Shown here: piece after piece, positions 6,716 through 11,439 of the stretch
How positions within the stretch are numbered: position 1 is the first letter of the stretch
Layout: every line of letters begins with the position of its first letter
Source of the DNA: an uncultured bacterium
GTDB taxonomy: Bacteria; Lernaellota; Lernaellaia; Lernaellales; Lernaellaceae
Direction of reading: 5' to 3'
DNA: 11,439 bases
Assembly (NCBI GenBank): GCA_964534375.1
Contig: CAZHPN010000187.1
Span: forward strand, 1 to 11,439
Translations under genes and position numbers: made by a program
The notes under the pieces: model-generated
The model's input: the letters and a program-made list of their open reading frames with translations, nothing else
The model's database searches: none
Told to the model about the DNA's origin: nothing

Positions 6716-6881
6716 TCCGTTAACCAAGGGTTTTTGTGCAACGAACCGGAATAGAAAAGAGGGGGTGCAGACCGCTCAACTTGCGAAATAACTTCATCTA
6801 GAAAAAGAAAGGCTGTCTCTCGGGAGAGCGTCTCGCGCTCGGACCCGGATGGGGACCGCCAAGCGGGAGGACAACAGAAGA

Positions 6882-8081
6882 ATGGCAACGCCAAACCGGC
6901 TGGAAGTGAACATCAACGCCGAGGCAGGCTCCGCGGTCGAAATGGTCGCCAACCTGGTGGAGGGGGCGGTCACAAGCCGCGCGACGGACATTCACATCGA
7001 ACCGCGGCGCGACAACATCAACATTCGCTATCGCGTCGACGGGTTTCTGTACGACGTCGGCCAGGTGAACCTGCAACTCGGCCGCGAAATCATCTCGCGA
7101 ATTAAGATATTGGCCGACATGGACATCACCGAGCGCCGTCTGCCCCAGGACGGCCATTTTCGGTTCAGCGCCGACGGCGCCGACTACGACATGCGCATCT
7201 CGACCGTGCCGACGAATTTCGGCGAGCGGATGGGCATCCGGTTGGCGGAAGGCGGGCGCGCCTTCACCAAGATCGACGACCTGGGTTTGTCGCCGGCGGC
7301 CGCCGATATCGCCTCGTCGTTTATCCAGCGGCCGCACGGCATCGTACTGGCGACGGGCCCGGTCGGCAGCGGCAAGACGACGACGTTGTATTCGTTCATC
7401 GCCAAAATCAACAAGAGCGAACTCAACGTGATGTCGATCGAGGACCCGATCGAATACCTGATCCCCGGCGCGAGCCAGATCGAAGTCAATTACCGGGTGA
7501 ATTTCGATTTCGTCCAGGGCTTGCGGGCGATTTTGCGGCAGGACCCGGACGTTATCCTCGTCGGCGAAATCCGCGACGAGGAAACGGCGAAAATAGCCAT
7601 TCGCGCCGGCATGACCGGCATGCTCGTGCTCTCGACGCTGCATGCCAACGACGCCGTCGGTTCGGTGACGACGCTGGCGAATTTCCAGATCAACCGCTTT
7701 CTGATCGCCAATGCGCTGGTCGGCTCGCTGGCCCAGCGCCTCGTGCGGAAAATCTGCCCGAATTGCAGCCGGCCGGCGAAACCCGGCAAGACGGCCAGCG
7801 AGTCACTGCACGTGGAGGAAGAGCAATTGCGCGGCTTCAAGCTGCGGCAGGGCGCCGGCTGCGAGCAATGCCTCCAGACCGGCTACGTCGGCCGCACCGG
7901 GATTTTCGAGATCTTCAACGTCACGCCCAAACTGCGCTCGATGATCATGCACGGGGCGCCCGAAGAGGAATTGCGAAAAGTCGCGGTTCAGGAAGGCCTG
8001 ATTCCGTTGCGCGAGGCCGGCCTCGAGAAATTGCGCGACGGCGTCACGACCGTCGAAGAATACGTTCGTATATTTGGGTGA
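6882..8081 (+). CDS. GspE/PilB-family type II secretion / type IV pilus assembly ATPase, short form, 399 aa
   Basis: Likely start MATPNRLEV at 6882 with SD GGGAGG at 6865-6870. Motifs ATDIHIEP, IRYRVDG, MDITERRLPQDG, Walker A GPVGSGKT, Asp box SIEDPIE, Walker B LRQDPDVILVGEIRD, STLHAND, and tetracysteine AQRLVRKICPNC...GCEQC..TGY.GR. Confidence 0.95.
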   Translation: MATPNRLEVNINAEAGSAVEMVANLVEGAVTSRATDIHIEPRRDNINIRYRVDGFLYDVGQVNLQLGREIISRIKILADMDITERRLPQDGHFRFSADGADYDMRISTVPTNFGERMGIRLAEGGRAFTKIDDLGLSPAAADIASSFIQRPHGIVLATGPVGSGKTTTLYSFIAKINKSELNVMSIEDPIEYLIPGASQIEVNYRVNFDFVQGLRAILRQDPDVILVGEIRDEETAKIAIRAGMTGMLVLSTLHANDAVGSVTTLANFQINRFLIANALVGSLAQRLVRKICPNCSRPAKPGKTASESLHVEEEQLRGFKLRQGAGCEQCLQTGYVGRTGIFEIFNVTPKLRSMIMHGAPEEELRKVAVQEGLIPLREAGLEKLRDGVTTVEEYVRIFG

Positions 8082-8128
8082 GGAACGGCAACCGAACCTT
8101 TGCAACACAACCGTGAGGGAGGGCAGCG

Positions 8129-9391
8129 ATGGAAGAAAATCCAACCGAGAAGAAGGACGAGAGCGCGCCGCCGAAAAAACCGAAGGGCAAGGCCATGCGC
8201 GACATCATCCAGGAATCCATCGACAGCAAGACCAAGGAGGACGCGGTCAAAGCCGCACCGCCGGCCCCCGCGGCCGTCGAGCCGGTCGTCGCGCCGCCGC
8301 CGTTCGGCGACCGGCCGGCGCGGCGAGCGCGCGGCGCCGCCAACGACATCAATTTCTTCCTGCACCAATTGGGCGTGACCCTCAACTCGGGCCTGCCGCT
8401 GGCGCGCGCCCTGCGCATCCTCGGCCCGCGCGTGCATCACGCCGGATTCCGGGCAGCAGTCGCCGAAGTGACCGACGACGTCGAACGCGGCGCGCAATTC
8501 TGGGCCGCGTTGGGGAAACATCCGGCCTACTTCAACAAGATGGCGGTCAATATCATCCGTTCCGGCGAAGAGAGCGGCACCCTTGTCGCCGCGATCGATT
8601 ACCTCGCGGGCTATCGCGACCGCGAGGAAGACGCCGTGCGGGCGATCCAGCGCGCGATCACCTACCCGTTGTTTCTCCTGATCGTCGTGCTCGGCGTCGT
8701 GCTGCTGCTCACGACGCTGGTGATCCCGATGTTCGCGCAGCAATTCAAAGCGACCGGCATGACGCTGCCGTTCCCGACGCGGGTGGTGCTGAACATTTCC
8801 TCGGTCATGACCAATTTCTGGCTGCTCGTGGCCGTGTTCGTCGTCGCCGGTTACATCATTTACCGGCGCATGGATTTCAGCGCCGGCCTCGCGTATGCGG
8901 TTGACCGGGTGAAAATCCGCCTGCCAATCTTCGGGCCCATTCTCGTAAAGATCTATACGACGCAATTTGCGACGATGACGGCGCTGCTGCTCAAAAGCGG
9001 CATGCCCGTGCTGCGCGCCCTCGATCTCGTTCGGGAAACGCTGCGCAACGGCGTCTTCCGCAATGCTCTCCTATACACCAAGACGCAGGTCGAAAAGGGC
9101 CGGCGGCTCGCCGAGTCGCTGGCCGAGTCGAAGACCTTCCCGCCGATCGTTTCCGACATGGTCGCGGTCGGCGAAGACGCCGGCTCGTTGCCGATCGTGC
9201 TCGAAAAGGTGGCGGAGACCTATCAGAAAGAAGTGACGCACGACACGGCGATCATCGGCACGTTGCTCGAACCGATGTTGATCATCATCTTGGGCCTGGT
9301 CGTCGCCTTCGTAGCGTTTTCGCTGATCATGCCGTACTTCAAACTGGCCGGCGGCCTGGCCGGCGGCATCGGCCCGCGGCTGACGCCGTAG
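8129..9391 (+). CDS. GspF/PilC-family inner-membrane platform protein, 420 aa
   Basis: SD GGAGG at 8117-8121. Two T2SSF repeats (FLHQLG..L.SGLPL..AL...GEESGTL; FA..TALLLKSGMP...AL...VGEDAGSL) and three hydrophobic segments (AITYPLFLLIVV..., FWLLVAVFVVAG..., LLEPMLIIILG...). Confidence 0.94.
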   Translation: MEENPTEKKDESAPPKKPKGKAMRDIIQESIDSKTKEDAVKAAPPAPAAVEPVVAPPPFGDRPARRARGAANDINFFLHQLGVTLNSGLPLARALRILGPRVHHAGFRAAVAEVTDDVERGAQFWAALGKHPAYFNKMAVNIIRSGEESGTLVAAIDYLAGYRDREEDAVRAIQRAITYPLFLLIVVLGVVLLLTTLVIPMFAQQFKATGMTLPFPTRVVLNISSVMTNFWLLVAVFVVAGYIIYRRMDFSAGLAYAVDRVKIRLPIFGPILVKIYTTQFATMTALLLKSGMPVLRALDLVRETLRNGVFRNALLYTKTQVEKGRRLAESLAESKTFPPIVSDMVAVGEDAGSLPIVLEKVAETYQKEVTHDTAIIGTLLEPMLIIILGLVVAFVAFSLIMPYFKLAGGLAGGIGPRLTP

Positions 9392-9395
9392 CGGA

Positions 9396-9430
9396 AGAAG
9401 TCAGGAGGCAGAAGTCAGGAGACAGAAGTT
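9396..9430. repeat. Five tandem heptamers (consensus AGRAGNC), with a 14-bp higher-order period
   Basis: AGAAGTC-AGGAGGC-AGAAGTC-AGGAGAC-AGAAGTT, beginning 5 nt after the gspF-like stop codon. Confidence 0.8.
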
Positions 9431-9433
9431 GCA

Positions 9434-9479
9434 GTTTCGGCGCCGGTTGTTTCAAACAACCGGCGCCGAAACAGTTTTT
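9434..9479 (+). terminator. Probable intrinsic terminator: 19-bp perfect inverted repeat plus a short T-tract
   Basis: GTTTCGGCGCCGGTTGTTT-C-AAACAACCGGCGCCGAAAC (9434-9472), followed by AGTTTTT, downstream of the gspF-like gene. Confidence 0.7.
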
Positions 9480-9497
9480 GCGTGCGGACTGACCGGT

Positions 9498-9525
9498 CTG
9501 ACTCCTCCGTCAAGTCTGGTATAAT
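9498..9525 (+). promoter_or_regulatory. Putative sigma70 extended -10 promoter for moeA-moaA
   Basis: Perfect TGG-TATAAT (-10 at 9520-9525), with CTGACT 16 bp upstream (9498-9503). Confidence 0.7.
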
Positions 9526-9564
9526 CGAGCGCCCGGCGCCGATCCGCGCCGGGCGCGAGGATCG

Positions 9565-10782
9565 ATGATTTCACCCGAACTAGCGCGGCAGACGATGCTC
9601 GATCGGGCGCGGCCGTTGCCGGCGGCGCCGGTCGCGTTGCGCGAAGCGCTTGGGTTGACGCTCGCTGCCGACGTGCTGCCGCTTGACGATCAGCCGCCAT
9701 TCGACAACTCGGCGATGGATGGCTACGCGGTGCGGGCTGCGGACGTTGCGGGCGCCGCGCGCGAGCAACCGATCGCGCTGACGGTCGTCGAAACGATTCC
9801 CGCCGGCTCGTGGCCGGCGCGCATCATTGGGGCGGGGCAGGCTGCGAAGATCATGACCGGCGCGCCGTTGCCTGAGGGCGCCGATGCGGTCGTGCGCGTG
9901 GAAGACACCGACACGGCCGCGCCGCAAGTGCGCCTTTTTCACGAGCCGGCGCTCGGCGAAAACATCCGCCGCCGCGGCGAAGATCTGCGGCGCGGCCAGC
10001 CGGCCCTGCGCGCCGGGCAACGGTTGACGCCGGCGCGGGTCGGGTTGTGCGCCGCGGCGGGCTGCGCGGCCGTTTTTGTCCATCGCCGTCCACGGATCGG
10101 GGTCGTGGTCACCGGCGAAGAACTGGTCGAACCCGGCGAGCCGCTGCCGCCCGGGAAAATCCGCAACTCCAATTCGTACGCGTTGCACGCGCAGATTCTC
10201 GAGACCGGCGGCGAACCGGTGCACTACGGCATCGCACCGGACGAACGCCGCGCGACCGCCGCTCTGCTTCGTCGCGCGCTCGGCGAATGCGATATCGTGC
10301 TTACCAGCGGCGGGGTTTCCGCCGGCGATTTCGACGTTGTCAAAGATGCGCTCGCCGACGCCGGCGGCGCTATTTTTTTCACCAGGGTCGCGCAACGTCC
10401 GGGCGCGCCGCTGGTCGGCGGGGCGGCGGGCGAGACGCTTTTTTACGGCCTGCCGGGCAACCCGGTGTCGGTCATGGTCTGCTTCGAAATGTACGTGCGG
10501 CCGGCGATCCGCCGCCTCCTCGGCCGCCAAAACCTGTGGCGGCCACGGCTGACGGGCTGTTTCGAGGAACCGTTCCGCAAACCCGCGGGTTTGACGTTCT
10601 GGGCGCGCGTGATCGTCCGGCGCGACGGCGACCGCGTTGCGTTGACCCCCTCGGCGCCGCAAGGCAGCGGCGTTTTGCGCTCGATGGCGCTGGGCGACGG
10701 CCTGGCCGAACTGCCGCCGGAAATGACGGTCGCCGGACCCGGCGACCCGCTGACGGTTCACCTTTTCGACAATGACGACTGA
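9565..10782 (+). CDS. moeA: Molybdopterin molybdenumtransferase MoeA, 405 aa
   Basis: Motifs ALG.TLA.DV, PPFDNSAMDGYAV, IMTGAPLPEGADAVV.VE, NIR.RGED, TGEEL, I.NSN, TSGGVSAGDFD, FYGLPGNPVS and QGSG.LRSM. SD GAGG at 9557-9560. Confidence 0.96.
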   Translation: MISPELARQTMLDRARPLPAAPVALREALGLTLAADVLPLDDQPPFDNSAMDGYAVRAADVAGAAREQPIALTVVETIPAGSWPARIIGAGQAAKIMTGAPLPEGADAVVRVEDTDTAAPQVRLFHEPALGENIRRRGEDLRRGQPALRAGQRLTPARVGLCAAAGCAAVFVHRRPRIGVVVTGEELVEPGEPLPPGKIRNSNSYALHAQILETGGEPVHYGIAPDERRATAALLRRALGECDIVLTSGGVSAGDFDVVKDALADAGGAIFFTRVAQRPGAPLVGGAAGETLFYGLPGNPVSVMVCFEMYVRPAIRRLLGRQNLWRPRLTGCFEEPFRKPAGLTFWARVIVRRDGDRVALTPSAPQGSGVLRSMALGDGLAELPPEMTVAGPGDPLTVHLFDNDD

Positions 10783-11439
10783 AGCCGGCCGCCGCGTGCG
10801 CTATCTCCGCCTGTCGGTCACCGACCGCTGCAATCTGCGGTGCGTCTATTGCGCGCCGGACGAGCCGTTCGTCTTTAAACCGCCAGCCGCGATCCTGCGG
10901 CTCGAAGAATTGGCGCGGTTCGCGCGGGCGGCGCTCGCGCTCGGCTTCGATGCCATGCGCCTGACCGGCGGCGAGCCGCTCGTCCGGAACAACGTGCTCT
11001 GGCTGGCCGCCGAACTCGGAGCGCTGCCGGGACTGCGCGATCTGTCGCTGACCACCAACGGCGTGCTGCTCGCGCCGGTCGCCGACGCGCTGCGCCGCGC
11101 GGGCGTGCGGCGCGTGAACATCAGCCTGGATTCGCTGGACCCGGCGCACTATGTCGCTTTGACGGCCGGGCAGGATATCGGGCCGGCGCTATCCGGCGTC
11201 GACGCCGCGCTGGCCGCGGGGCTGCACCCGGTGAAGATCAACGCCGTGATCCACGATGCCACGCTCGACGAACTGCCGCAATTTATCGAATTCGTCGCGC
11301 GGCGGCCGTTGCACGTGCGATTCATTGAGCGAATGAATCTCGCGGATTTCGCCGGTCATCGGCGCGGGCAGGGGACCACCGGCCGCCTGCTGCGAGCGAT
11401 CGCCGCCGCGGGTTTCGCTCCCGCCGCATCGCCCGTGGG
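10772..11439 (+). CDS. moaA: GTP 3',8-cyclase MoaA, radical SAM (partial; continues beyond the right window edge)
   Basis: Manual translation from ATG at 10772, overlapping the moeA end by 11 nt: MTTEAGRRVRYLRLSVTDRCNLRCVYC (CxxxCxxC), RLTGGEPLVR, LTTNG, RVNISLDSL, PVKINAV, VRFIE. The frame is open to the window end. Confidence 0.93.
   Translation, partial: MTTEAGRRVRYLRLSVTDRCNLRCVYCAPDEPFVFKPPAAILRLEELARFARAALALGFDAMRLTGGEPLVRNNVLWLAAELGALPGLRDLSLTTNGVLLAPVADALRRAGVRRVNISLDSLDPAHYVALTAGQDIGPALSGVDAALAAGLHPVKINAVIHDATLDELPQFIEFVARRPLHVRFIERMNLADFAGHRRGQGTTGRLLRAIAAAGFAPAASPV

Noticed and set aside
6505..6881. c-di-GMP-I (GEMM) riboswitch upstream of the pilus ATPase, suggested by GGGAGCGCAAAACC and a GAAA hairpin
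   Set aside because: The elements are in the wrong order and about 100 nt apart, and the GCAAACC entry and P3 tetraloop-receptor consensus are absent.
6882..9391. Horizontally acquired island, suggested by visibly lower GC than the etf and moe genes
   Set aside because: Third codon positions remain G/C-rich and the difference tracks amino-acid composition. There is no integrase, transposase, tRNA or flanking direct repeat.
9392..9564. Moco/Tuco riboswitch or CRISPR-like array upstream of moeA
   Set aside because: The promoter leaves only about 33 nt of leader, and the repeats are contiguous heptamers without spacers. No cas genes are present.
7988..11149. Alternative-frame and antisense ORFs 7988..8965, 8074..8904, 9580..10761, 10047..10775 and 10472..11149
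   Set aside because: They lie almost entirely over well-supported gspE/gspF-like, moeA and moaA genes, are low-complexity and Arg-rich, and lack motifs.

Overview
GC-rich bacterial chromosomal window of mostly metabolic and envelope genes, with no mobile element, CRISPR array or RNA gene that I can recognise. Left, minus strand: histidine-phosphatase-family protein, ACAD10/11-type acyl-CoA dehydrogenase, APH-family phosphotransferase, then a GctA-like CoA-transferase subunit A running off the window. These are transcribed divergently from an etfB-etfA pair, and together they resemble an lva/ACAD10-11-type 4-hydroxyacyl-CoA phosphorylation-elimination pathway. Middle: a secreted DUF1571-like protein, divergent from a two-gene GspE/PilB-type ATPase plus GspF/PilC-type platform operon that has no pilins and has shortened or atypical N-termini. 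Right: moeA-moaA (molybdenum cofactor biosynthesis; moaA runs off the window). Each transcription unit has a plausible sigma70-type promoter. Two intergenic spacers carry short 7- or 9-bp tandem repeats, one fused to a 39-bp palindrome. All calls come from motif recognition by eye, not database searches. gctA and moaA are absent from the supplied ORF track and were translated manually.
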